DNA of 64,000 nucleotides. Origin: Acidimicrobiales bacterium (GTDB lineage Bacteria > Actinomycetota > Acidimicrobiia > Acidimicrobiales > Aldehydirespiratoraceae). The DNA is taken from the NCBI GenBank assembly GCA_022425325.1, contig JAKMFW010000037.1:8127-72126 (forward strand). The letters run 5' to 3'. This document shows positions 47,491 to 56,596 of this stretch, piece after piece. Below the pieces are notes generated by a model. The model had not been told where the DNA came from, did no database searches, and worked only from the letters and a program-made list of their open reading frames with translations. Numbering within the stretch: the stretch's first letter is position 1; each line of letters begins with the position of its first letter. The position numbers and the translations under genes were made by a program.

Positions 47491-49862
47491 TGAAGGTCAC
47501 CTTGTCCTGGCTCCGCGAGTTCGCGCCCGACATCGATGGTGATCCCGTCGAGTTGGGCGAGACCCTGAGCGCGCTCGGGCTCGCCGTCGAGGAGATGGAG
47601 ATCATCGGCGAGGTCGTCGACGGTGTCGTCCTTGCGCAGGTGCTCGACCTCCGACCGCACCCCGACGCCGACAAGATCCAGCTCGTCGATGTCGACCGAG
47701 GCGACGGGCAGCCGCTCCAGGTGTGCTGCGGTGCGTTCAACATGGCGGTCGGCGACCTGATCCCGTTCGCCACGATCGGCACGGTCATGCCCAACGGCAT
47801 GGAGATCGCCCAGCGGGAGATGCGCGGCCAGATGTCGAACGGCATGTGCTGTGCAGCCGACGAGATTGGGCTCGCCAGCGGCGATGACGGCATCTACATC
47901 CTGAACGATGCCGTCATCGACGGTGCCGAACTCGGCATGCCCCTCGCCGAGGCGATTGGCATGCGGGCCGATGTGCTGTGGGACCTCGAGGTCAACGCCA
48001 ACCGTCCCGACGCCATGTCGGTCGCCGGTGTTGCCCGCGATCTCGCCGCTGCGCTGGAAGTCGAGTTCCGCTTTCCCGACTACGAGATCACCACCACCGA
48101 CGAGTCGGTCGACGACCTCCTCGACATCCGGATCGAGGATCCCGAACTGTGCGGCCGCTTCGTCGCCACGGTCCTCCGCGACGTTCGTGTCGGAGAGTCG
48201 CCGGCGTGGATGCAGCAGCGGCTGATCCAGCTCGGTATGCGTCCGATCAACTCGATCGTCGACATCTCGAACTATGTGATGCTCGAACTCGGCCAGCCCA
48301 ATCACACGTTCGACCTCGCCACCATCCCCGCCGGTCGGCTCAATGTCCGCCGCGCCCGCAACGGCGAAACTCTGGTGACCCTCGACGACATCGAGCGCTC
48401 GCTCGTGCCCAACGACGGGGTCATCACCGACGAGAGCGACACGATCATCTCGCTTGCGGGTGTCATGGGGGGCGCCACGACCGAGATCTCCGATTCCACG
48501 ACCGAGGTGTTGCTGGAGATGGCGTGGTGGGATCCGCCGTCGATCTCCCGCACCGTCAAGCGCCTCAACCTGCCGAGCGAGGCCTCCACTCGCTTCCGTC
48601 GCGGCGCCGACTGGGGCGACAACATCGATCGGGCCATGCGCCGGTTCATCCAGCTGGCCGCCGAGTCGGGCATCACCGCCGTCAGCGGCTTCGTCGACGT
48701 TGCCGGCATGACCCCTGATCGCGCGCCGGTTTCGGTTCGGGTCGCGAAGGTGAACGGTCTGCTCGGCACCGAACTCACGGCCGACGACATGGCCGCTCAC
48801 CTGACCTCAATCGGGTTCGAGGTGACGCTGGCCGGCGACACGCTCGATGTGGTCGTACCCACTTGGCGATGGGACACCGCCACCGAAACCGACATCGCCG
48901 AAGAGGTCGGTCGCATGTTCGGGTACGAGAACATCCCCCGCACCGTGCCCAAGGGCGACGACCCCGGCGGACTCAGTCAATACCAGAAGGACCGCCGACT
49001 CGTCCGCGACGTGCTGCTCGGTGCGGGATGCGACGAAACGCTGCCGATGCCGTTCCTCGCCCCCGGCGATCTCGCCAAGGCGGGTCTTCCCGAGGACGGG
49101 GTGACCCTCACCAATCCGCTCCACGCCGAGGAGTCGGTCCTGCGCACCTCGCTGCTTCCCGGGCAGCTGAAGGCCATCGCCTACAACCAGTCGCATCGCA
49201 ACCCCGATGTGCGGTTCTTCGAGATCGACCACGTGTTCCTCCCCGCTGCGGAGGGGGAGATCCTTCCCGATGAGCGCGAGCACCTTGCGGTCGCCATCGC
49301 CGGTGAAGAGGCGCCAGCTGCGGTTGCCGTGCTTGATGCGCTGGACCGGGCGCTCGCCCTGCCGAATGTGCAGTTGTCGCCGTCGAGTCCTGCCGGGTTG
49401 CACCCGACCCGGTCGGCCGATGTGGTCATCGCCGGGCGCACTCGCGGCCACGTCGGTGAGGTCGATCCGGCGGTGCTTGAGGCTTACGGCGTCGAAGGTC
49501 GAGTCGCTTGGCTTGAACTCGATCTTGGTGCCGTGCTCGACGGTCCGCACGGAAATCGCTCCTACACGCCCGTGAGCAAGTTCCCGTCGAGTGATATCGA
49601 CCTTGCGTTCGTCGTCGGTGACGATGTCGCTGCGAGCCGAATCGAGGCGAGCCTTCGCAAGGGTGGTGGTGCCCTCCTCACCGATGTCGAACTGTTCGAC
49701 GTCTACCGAGGTCCGAGAGTCGACGACGGCGCCCGGTCGCTGGCCTACCGGTTGCGCTTCCAGGCCACGGACCGCACCCTCACCGACGGCGATGTGGCCG
49801 ACGTCCGGCAGGCATGCATCGACCAGGTCGTGAAGAAGACCGGCGCAGTACTTCGCGGCTGA
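47490..49862 (+). CDS. pheT: Phenylalanine--tRNA ligase beta subunit
   Basis: Track start 47304 lies inside pheS. ATG 47490 overlaps the pheS stop (TGATG) and gives MKVTLSWLREF. It has a tRNA-binding OB domain, B3/B4 and B5 domains, and a C-terminal FDX-ACB domain. Confidence 0.95.
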   Translation: MKVTLSWLREFAPDIDGDPVELGETLSALGLAVEEMEIIGEVVDGVVLAQVLDLRPHPDADKIQLVDVDRGDGQPLQVCCGAFNMAVGDLIPFATIGTVMPNGMEIAQREMRGQMSNGMCCAADEIGLASGDDGIYILNDAVIDGAELGMPLAEAIGMRADVLWDLEVNANRPDAMSVAGVARDLAAALEVEFRFPDYEITTTDESVDDLLDIRIEDPELCGRFVATVLRDVRVGESPAWMQQRLIQLGMRPINSIVDISNYVMLELGQPNHTFDLATIPAGRLNVRRARNGETLVTLDDIERSLVPNDGVITDESDTIISLAGVMGGATTEISDSTTEVLLEMAWWDPPSISRTVKRLNLPSEASTRFRRGADWGDNIDRAMRRFIQLAAESGITAVSGFVDVAGMTPDRAPVSVRVAKVNGLLGTELTADDMAAHLTSIGFEVTLAGDTLDVVVPTWRWDTATETDIAEEVGRMFGYENIPRTVPKGDDPGGLSQYQKDRRLVRDVLLGAGCDETLPMPFLAPGDLAKAGLPEDGVTLTNPLHAEESVLRTSLLPGQLKAIAYNQSHRNPDVRFFEIDHVFLPAAEGEILPDEREHLAVAIAGEEAPAAVAVLDALDRALALPNVQLSPSSPAGLHPTRSADVVIAGRTRGHVGEVDPAVLEAYGVEGRVAWLELDLGAVLDGPHGNRSYTPVSKFPSSDIDLAFVVGDDVAASRIEASLRKGGGALLTDVELFDVYRGPRVDDGARSLAYRLRFQATDRTLTDGDVADVRQACIDQVVKKTGAVLRG

Positions 49863-49889
49863 TCCGCCTCGGCGACTACCGTCGCCGCC

Positions 49890-50861
49890 ATGCGTATCTG
49901 GCGTTCACACGAACTCGGCGATCCTCTCGACGTCCTCCGACTCGAGGAGGACGACGCACCCGGTGAACCCGGGCTGTCGCAGGTCCTGATCGATACGGCC
50001 GCAGTCGGCTTGACCTTCCCCGACGTGTTGTCGTGCCGGGGTGAGTATCAGGTCCCGACCCGGCTGCCCTACACACCTGGCGGTGAGATCGCAGGGGTGG
50101 TCTCGGCGGTCGGGGAGGGCGTCGATCTCGAGGTCGGCACGGCCGTCGCCGTGCTCGGTGGTGGACTTCGTGAGCAGAACATCGTGGGAGCCGGCTCGTG
50201 CTTTGCCTACCCGACCGACGCCTTGTCGGCGGCGCAGGCGGCGGCGATCCCGGTGAATTACGGCACGGCGTGGTTCGGTCTCCACGACCGGGCGAAGCTT
50301 CAGCCCGGCGAGACCGTGTTGATCACTGGTGCGGCCGGCGGCACCGGGACGGCGTGCATCCAGCTCGCCCTTGCCGCCGGCGCGGTGCCGATCGCGATCG
50401 TTGGAGGCGAGCAGAAGGCCGCCCTCGTTCGCAGCCTCGGGGTGGAGTACATCGTCGACCATCGCGAGACTCCCGACTGGGTCGACACGGTTCGGGAGAT
50501 GAGTGGCGGTGGGGTCGATGTGGCCTGGGATGCCGTCGGTGGCGACGCCTTCCACCAGGTTCGCCGATGCATGGCGTGGGATGGGCGTCTGCTGATCGTG
50601 GGGTTCGTGGGCGGCATCGCCCAGGCGCCAACCAACCACGCATTGTTGAAGAACTATGCGATCGTCGGTGTGCACTGGGGGGCATCGCTGATGCGCGACC
50701 CGGAGAGTGTCAAGCGCCAGATGGCTGCCGTCTTCGAGTTGGCCGCCGACGGCCTGGTGGCGCCGCCCGTCGAGTCGGTGCGCCCATTCGAGGAGGCTGC
50801 GGCCGTGATCCAGGCGATCGCAGATCGTCAGGTCACCGGCAAGGCGGTGGTCACGATCTGA
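49890..50861 (+). CDS. Zinc-type alcohol dehydrogenase superfamily, NADPH:quinone oxidoreductase-like
   Basis: 323 aa of the MDR family without structural-zinc Cys ligands. Rossmann motif is ITGAAGGTGTACIQLA and the C-terminus ends GKAVVTI. Confidence 0.75.
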   Translation: MRIWRSHELGDPLDVLRLEEDDAPGEPGLSQVLIDTAAVGLTFPDVLSCRGEYQVPTRLPYTPGGEIAGVVSAVGEGVDLEVGTAVAVLGGGLREQNIVGAGSCFAYPTDALSAAQAAAIPVNYGTAWFGLHDRAKLQPGETVLITGAAGGTGTACIQLALAAGAVPIAIVGGEQKAALVRSLGVEYIVDHRETPDWVDTVREMSGGGVDVAWDAVGGDAFHQVRRCMAWDGRLLIVGFVGGIAQAPTNHALLKNYAIVGVHWGASLMRDPESVKRQMAAVFELAADGLVAPPVESVRPFEEAAAVIQAIADRQVTGKAVVTI

Positions 50862-50983
50862 GGCTCGCCGAGAGCGAGATCGTCGGTGTCAACTTTCTTA
50901 CTGAATCGTTAGCCAATCTGCCCAAACCGCTAGATCCTCTAACGCAAGAGGGCTACGATCCGGTGATTCGAGCGGGGGCAGGA

Positions 50984-52333
50984 ATGGATTTTCGCAGGGC
51001 TTCACAGGCGCATGTCGTGCCGCACTTCACCAAGGGGGCGGCCTGGAACGCCGACGACCTCATCGTGATGGATCACGCCGAAGGTTGTTACGTCACCGAT
51101 TCCGAGGGCAAGCGCTACCTCGACGGTCTTGCCGGGCTCTTCTGCACGAACCTCGGCCACGGCCGCAGTGATCTTGCCGCCGAGGCGAGCAAGCAGATGG
51201 AGCGCATGGCGTTCTACCCGAACTGGGGCTTCACGCACGAGCCGGTGAGCAAGGCGGCGGCGATGATCGCCGACGTCGCTCCCGGTGACCTCGAGGACGT
51301 CTTCTTCGTGTCGTCGGGTTCCGAAGCCGTCGAGTCGGCGCTCAAGTTCGCCCGTAACTACCACGTCGCTCGTGGCGACGAGGGCCGCTACAAAGTCATC
51401 TCTCGAGAATGGAGCTACCACGGCACCACCATCGCCGCCCTTGCGGTCACCGGCGTGCCGAAGTTCCGCAAGCACTTCCTGCCGATGCTGTGGGACGGCC
51501 CACGCCACGTCCGCAACACCCACGGCGACACAGCCGACGCTCTGGCGAGCGCCAAGGCCATCGAGGACATGATTCTCGCCGAGGGGCCCGAAACCGTTGC
51601 CTTGGTCATCGCTGAGCCGGTCCAGAACGGCCGTGGCTGCCTCGTACCGCCGGACGGCTACTGGCAGGAACTCCGCCGCATCTGCGACAAATACGGCGTG
51701 CTGCTGTGCGCTGACGAAGTCATCTGTTCGTTTGGTCGCCTCGGTCACTTCTTCGGCAGCGAACGCTTCGGGGTGGTCCCCGACATGATCACCTTCGCCA
51801 AAGGGGTCACGAGTGCCTATCTTCCGCTCGGTGGGGTCGTCGTGCGCCGGCCGCTCCTCGAGCACATCTGGGAGTCCGAGGTCGGCCTGTTCAACCACGG
51901 CTCGACCTTCGGCGGTCACCCGGTCGCTACCGCCGTGGCCGCAGCGAACATCCAAGCGATGCATGACGAGCAGATCATGCAGCACGTCCGATCCCATGAG
52001 GACACGATGCGGGCCGGATTCGAGTCGCTCCTCGAACGCCACGACATCGTGCGCGAGGTCCGTGGCACCGGGTACTTCTACGCCCTCGAGTTGATGGCGA
52101 GCCGCGAACGCGGCCTCGACCTCAGCGAACCCGACGCCCTCGCCCTCCAGCAGGGCGTTTTGTTGTCGATGTGCAAGGAGGCGGGCCTGTTGATCCGCCC
52201 CGACGATCGCGGCGCGACGATGCTGGTCTTCTCGCCCCCGCTCATCGCCGACGAGGCCGTGATCGCCGACATGCACGCCAAGGCCGACCAGGTACTCACG
52301 CGCGCCGCCGCCTGGCTCGCTGGCGACCGCTGA
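50984..52333 (+). CDS. Class-III (omega) aminotransferase, taurine/beta-alanine:pyruvate aminotransferase-like
   Basis: Track start 50198 runs through the upstream gene. ATG 50984 follows GGGGGCAGGA. Motifs include [32 protein letters not shown] and [13 protein letters not shown]. The PLP-Lys context is [18 protein letters not shown]. Confidence 0.8.
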   Translation: MDFRRASQAHVVPHFTKGAAWNADDLIVMDHAEGCYVTDSEGKRYLDGLAGLFCTNLGHGRSDLAAEASKQMERMAFYPNWGFTHEPVSKAAAMIADVAPGDLEDVFFVSSGSEAVESALKFARNYHVARGDEGRYKVISREWSYHGTTIAALAVTGVPKFRKHFLPMLWDGPRHVRNTHGDTADALASAKAIEDMILAEGPETVALVIAEPVQNGRGCLVPPDGYWQELRRICDKYGVLLCADEVICSFGRLGHFFGSERFGVVPDMITFAKGVTSAYLPLGGVVVRRPLLEHIWESEVGLFNHGSTFGGHPVATAVAAANIQAMHDEQIMQHVRSHEDTMRAGFESLLERHDIVREVRGTGYFYALELMASRERGLDLSEPDALALQQGVLLSMCKEAGLLIRPDDRGATMLVFSPPLIADEAVIADMHAKADQVLTRAAAWLAGDR

Positions 52334-52341
52334 TTCGAGCC

Positions 52342-53268
52342 GTGGGCATCCTCGACGACTGGTACGAACGGGCGGCGGCTGCGCCGCGCCGCATCATGCT
52401 CGCCGACGACGACCAGCGCGCGCACGAGGCCGCCGCGCGGCTGCGCAATGACGGCCTGGCCGAACCCGTCGTGATCGGGCGCGACCTCGCGTCGGTGGCC
52501 GATGCTGCGCACCCCGAGGCCGACGAACTGGTCGCGAGACTCGCCGCCGTCACCGATGGGCCATGGGCCGGTCGGCCGCTCGACATCGACGACCCGCTCA
52601 CCATCGCCACCGCGCTGGTGAAGAGCGGTTGGGCCGACGGCGCGGTCGCCGGGGCCACCCGTCCGACCGGCGATGTCATCCGTGCGGGTATCCGGGTGCT
52701 CGACGTTGCGCCCGATGTCTCGGTCGTGAGCAGTTCGTTCTTTTTCGTGCTGCCCGACGGCCGCCCGCTCGTCTATGGCGACTGTGGCGTGCTGCCCGAC
52801 CCGACTGCTGACCAACTCGCGGCCGTGGCAATCTCGTCGGCGGCGACGTTTGCGCAGTTGGCGGGGGAGGAGCCGGCAGTAGCGATGTTGTCGTTCTCGT
52901 CGAAGGGCAGCGCCACCCACCCGCGGGTCGACAAGGTCATCGAGGCGACCGCACGGGTTCGTCACCTTGCACCCGATCTCGCCGTCGACGGCGAGTTGCA
53001 GTTCGACGCAGCCTTCGTCCCCGCCGTGGCCGAGACGAAAGCCCCGGGGTCGCCGGTTGCCGGCCGGGCGAACGTGTTCGTGTTCCCCGACCTCGACAGC
53101 GGCAACCTCGCCTACAAGATCACCGAACGCCTCGGCGGCGCACAGGCGTTCGGGCCACTGCTCCAAGGACTCGACGGGGTGCTGCACGATCTCAGCCGTG
53201 GCTGCTGTGCCGACGACATCGTGAACGTTGCGGTCATCAGCGCGCTCCAGGCCGGAGCCGCCGCATGA
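52342..53268 (+). CDS. pta: Phosphate acetyltransferase (short, PTA_PTB-domain form)
   Basis: Track start 52171 lies inside the aminotransferase gene. GTG 52342 is 9 nt after its stop. Motifs include [42 protein letters not shown] and DLSRGC. Confidence 0.8.
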   Translation: MGILDDWYERAAAAPRRIMLADDDQRAHEAAARLRNDGLAEPVVIGRDLASVADAAHPEADELVARLAAVTDGPWAGRPLDIDDPLTIATALVKSGWADGAVAGATRPTGDVIRAGIRVLDVAPDVSVVSSSFFFVLPDGRPLVYGDCGVLPDPTADQLAAVAISSAATFAQLAGEEPAVAMLSFSSKGSATHPRVDKVIEATARVRHLAPDLAVDGELQFDAAFVPAVAETKAPGSPVAGRANVFVFPDLDSGNLAYKITERLGGAQAFGPLLQGLDGVLHDLSRGCCADDIVNVAVISALQAGAAA

Positions 53269-53846
53269 GCCGCGCCACCCTCGACCCGACACAGGTCATC
53301 GACGAGGCGGCCCGCCTCGCGGACGCCGAAGGACTCGATGCGCTCACGCTCACTCGGGTCGCCGATGCGCTCGGCGTGCAGCAACCGGCGCTCTATCGCC
53401 ATGTCGACGGCTACGACGACCTGATTCGCAGCCTCGGTCTGCGGGGTCGGGAGCTCCTCGCCGAACGCCTCAGTGAGGCGGCCCAGGGCGTCGCTGGTGA
53501 GGATGCGGTTCGCGCACTCGGCGATGCGTGGCGCTCCGTTGTCCGTGATGCCCCTGGGCTCTATGCCGCCACCGACCGCTACCCATGCGCCGGCGACGAC
53601 GAACTGGAGGCGGCGGTCGAACGCGTCGTCAATGTGATCGCTCGATCGCTCAGCGGCTTCGATCTCGACGACGCCCAGCGCATCCATGTGGCTCGAGCAC
53701 TCCGGAGTGCGTTCCACGGCTTCGCCCACCTCGAGTCGGGCGACGGCCACCCCCATCCACACGATCTCGAGGTCTCGTTCACCGGCCTCGTCGACCTCTT
53801 GATGGCGGGTATTCGCCATCTTGAACGAACAGGAGAATCCCGATGA
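53265..53846 (+). CDS. TetR/AcrR-family transcriptional regulator
   Basis: 193 aa with the N-terminal [24 protein letters not shown]. There are ATGA overlaps with pta upstream and with the ThDP enzyme gene downstream. Confidence 0.85.
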   Translation: MSRATLDPTQVIDEAARLADAEGLDALTLTRVADALGVQQPALYRHVDGYDDLIRSLGLRGRELLAERLSEAAQGVAGEDAVRALGDAWRSVVRDAPGLYAATDRYPCAGDDELEAAVERVVNVIARSLSGFDLDDAQRIHVARALRSAFHGFAHLESGDGHPHPHDLEVSFTGLVDLLMAGIRHLERTGESR

Positions 53847-55609
53847 CCCGCATGACTCCTTCGGAGGCCTTCGTCGAGACGATGGTCGCCAACGGCGTGA
53901 CCACCACGTTCGGCATTATGGGCAGTGCGTTCATGGATGCCATGGACATCTTCGCCCCGGCCGGCATCGAACTCGTGCCGGTGGTGCACGAGCAAGGCGC
54001 GGCCCACATGGCCGACGGGTACGCCCGAGTCAGTGGCAAGCACGGTGTGGTGATCGGCCAGAACGGTCCCGGCATCTCCAACTGTGTCACGGCGGTCGCA
54101 GCAGCGTTCTGGGCTCACAGCCCCGTCGTGATGATCACCCCGGAGACCGGCACCATGGGGCAGGGCCTGGGGGGTTTCCAGGAGGCCAACCAGCTGCCCA
54201 TGTTCCAGGAGTTCGTCAAGTACCAGGGGCACATCGCCAACGAGAACCGGATGGCGGAGATCACCGCTCGCTGCTTCGACCGGGCGATGTCGGAGATCGG
54301 GCCGACCCAGCTCAACATCCCGCGCGACCGCTTCTACGGTGACATCGATGTCGAGATTCCTGCGCCGATGGTTCTCGACCGAGGTGCGGGCGGCAAGGCC
54401 AGCCTCGATGCTGCCGCCGACATGCTCGCCGAGGCCGAGTTCCCCGTCATCGTCAGCGGCGGTGGCGTGGTGATGGGCGATGCGATGGCTGAAGCCGTCG
54501 CTCTCGCCGAGCGTCTCGGGGCGCCGGTGGTCAACAGCTACCTTCACAACGACTCGTTCCCGGCGAGCCATCCGCAGTGGTGCGGGCCGCTGGGCTATCA
54601 GGGGTCGAAGGCGGCGATGAAGCTCATCGCCAAGGCCGATGTCGTGCTTGCGCTCGGCACCCGGCTCGGTCCGTTCGGAACCCTGCCGCAGCACGACATG
54701 GACTACTGGCCCAAGGACGCCAAGATCATTCAGGTCGATGCCGACCACAAGATGCTCGGTCTCGTGAAACCGATTTCTGTCGGCATCCACGGCGATGCCG
54801 GTGCCGCCGCCGAAGCGCTTCTCGAGCGCCTCGACGGTCGGACCCTCGTCTGCGACGCAACGCGTGACGCTCGCGCCGCCACCACTGCCGAGGAGAAGGT
54901 GGCCTGGGAAGCCGAGCTCGACGAGTGGACCCACGAAAAGGACGACTTCTCGATCGACATGATCGCCGAGGCCGACGCCGAGGAAGGCAGCTGGCTGCAT
55001 CCCCGCCAGGTGCTCCGTGAGCTGGAGAAGGCGATGCCCGCCCGGGCGATGGTCTCGACCGACATCGGCAACATCAACTCGGTCGCCAACAGCTATCTGC
55101 GCTTCGAGGAACCGCGGTCGTTCTTCGCCCCGATGAGCTGGGGCAACTGTGGTTATGCCCTGCCCACCATCATCGGTGCCAAGAAGGCCGCCCCGGACCG
55201 TCCGGCGATCTCCTACGCCGGCGACGGCGCCTGGGCGATGAGCATGAGTGAGCTCATGACCGCCGTCCGCCACGACATCCCAGTCACCTCGATCGTGTTC
55301 CACAACCGTCAGTGGGGGGCGGAGAAGAAGAACCAGGTCGACTTCTACGGTCGTCGTTTCGTCGCCGGTGAACTCGAGGGTGGCGAGAACTACAGCGAGA
55401 TCGCCAAGGCGATGGGGGCCGAGGGTGTGCGGGTCGACGAACTCGACCAGGTCGGTCCGGCGCTCACCGCCGCTGTCGACGCCCAGATGAACGAGGGGAA
55501 GACCACGGTCATCGAGATCATGTGCACGAAGGAACTCGGCGATCCGTTCCGCAAGGACGCGCTGAAGACCCCGACTCGCTACCTCGACAAGTACAAGGAC
55601 TATGTCTGA
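53843..55609 (+). CDS. xsc: Thiamine-diphosphate enzyme, best read as sulfoacetaldehyde acetyltransferase (Xsc)
   Basis: 588 aa with an N-terminus strongly reminiscent of Xsc proteins (MTPSEAFVETMVANGV..FGIMGSAFMDAMDIF, GQNGPGISN, GGFQEANQLPMF, QLNIPRD). The ThDP motif is GDGAWAMSMSELMTAVRHDIPVTSIVFHN. Adjacency to pta fits an acetyl-phosphate-forming enzyme. The call is from recalled sequence patterns, not a search. Confidence 0.65.
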   Translation: MTRMTPSEAFVETMVANGVTTTFGIMGSAFMDAMDIFAPAGIELVPVVHEQGAAHMADGYARVSGKHGVVIGQNGPGISNCVTAVAAAFWAHSPVVMITPETGTMGQGLGGFQEANQLPMFQEFVKYQGHIANENRMAEITARCFDRAMSEIGPTQLNIPRDRFYGDIDVEIPAPMVLDRGAGGKASLDAAADMLAEAEFPVIVSGGGVVMGDAMAEAVALAERLGAPVVNSYLHNDSFPASHPQWCGPLGYQGSKAAMKLIAKADVVLALGTRLGPFGTLPQHDMDYWPKDAKIIQVDADHKMLGLVKPISVGIHGDAGAAAEALLERLDGRTLVCDATRDARAATTAEEKVAWEAELDEWTHEKDDFSIDMIAEADAEEGSWLHPRQVLRELEKAMPARAMVSTDIGNINSVANSYLRFEEPRSFFAPMSWGNCGYALPTIIGAKKAAPDRPAISYAGDGAWAMSMSELMTAVRHDIPVTSIVFHNRQWGAEKKNQVDFYGRRFVAGELEGGENYSEIAKAMGAEGVRVDELDQVGPALTAAVDAQMNEGKTTVIEIMCTKELGDPFRKDALKTPTRYLDKYKDYV

Positions 55610-55651
55610 CCCTCGAGGCATTGTCTCGAGACGTCTGCGCAGGCCGTTCCG

Positions 55652-56596
55652 ATGAGCGCTCCACCGCTGGTTGCCGATCAACCGATCGATGTCGAGGCGA
55701 CCTTCGGCTTCGCCTCGAATCTGCCGGTGCTCGGCTTTGCCGAGCCCACCGAGCACGTCCCCGAGATCGATCCGGCCTACCGGTTCGATCCCTCCGTCAC
55801 CAAGGCACTCCTGGCCGGGTTCGTGCACAACCGGCGCGTGCTCGTCCAGGGTGCCCACGGCACCGGCAAGTCCACGCACATCGAGCAGATCGCCGCTCGC
55901 CTCAACTGGCCACTGGTGCGCGTCAACCTCGACGGACACATCACCCGGCTCGACCTGGTCGGCCGCGACGCCGTCGTCGTACGAGACGGGCTGCAGGTCA
56001 CCGAGTTCCGGGAAGGCATCGTGCCCTGGTCGCTCCAGCGTCCGGTTGCGTTGGTCTTCGACGAACTCGACGCCGGTCGGCCAGATGTCATGTTCGTCAT
56101 CCAGCGGATGCTCGAGCGTGGCGGCTCGTTCACCCTGCTCGATCAGAACCGGGTGCTGTCCGCCCATCCGGGATTCCGCATCTTCGCCACCGCCAACACG
56201 GTCGGACTCGGCAACCTGAGCGGGTTGTATCACGGCACCCAGTTGCTGAATCAGGCGCAGGTCGATCGGTGGGACATCGTCGCCCGACTCGACTACCTGA
56301 GTCCCGATGCCGAGGCCGGCATCGTCTCGGCCCGCGTGCCGAGCGTCGATGCCGACGCCCTCGGCGGCATGGTCGCCTTCGCCGGGATGACCCGGGTCGG
56401 TTTCGCCGCCGGTGACCTCTCCACGGTGATGTCGCCGCGTACCGTCATCAGCTGGGCCGAGAACCTCGAGATCTTCGGCGACATCGTCGAGGCCTTCGAG
56501 CTGGCATTCGGCAACACCTGCGATCCGGCCGAGCGTCCGATCCTGGCGGAATATCTGCAGCGGGCGATGGGCCTCGAGCTGCCCGAACTCACCTGA
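55652..56596 (+). CDS. cobS: CobS-type AAA+ ATPase (MoxR-like; aerobic cobaltochelatase small-subunit family)
   Basis: 314 aa with Walker [10 protein letters not shown] and Walker B ALVFDELD. Long collinear similarity to CobS is evident ([64 protein letters not shown]). Confidence 0.8.
   Translation: MSAPPLVADQPIDVEATFGFASNLPVLGFAEPTEHVPEIDPAYRFDPSVTKALLAGFVHNRRVLVQGAHGTGKSTHIEQIAARLNWPLVRVNLDGHITRLDLVGRDAVVVRDGLQVTEFREGIVPWSLQRPVALVFDELDAGRPDVMFVIQRMLERGGSFTLLDQNRVLSAHPGFRIFATANTVGLGNLSGLYHGTQLLNQAQVDRWDIVARLDYLSPDAEAGIVSARVPSVDADALGGMVAFAGMTRVGFAAGDLSTVMSPRTVISWAENLEIFGDIVEAFELAFGNTCDPAERPILAEYLQRAMGLELPELT

Noticed and set aside
50198-50983. 262-codon N-terminal extension of the aminotransferase ORF (711-aa version)
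   Set aside because: The extension runs through the Qor-like gene in a different frame and is Arg/Gly-rich nonsense. The aminotransferase fold begins near ATG 50984, which has a purine-rich RBS.
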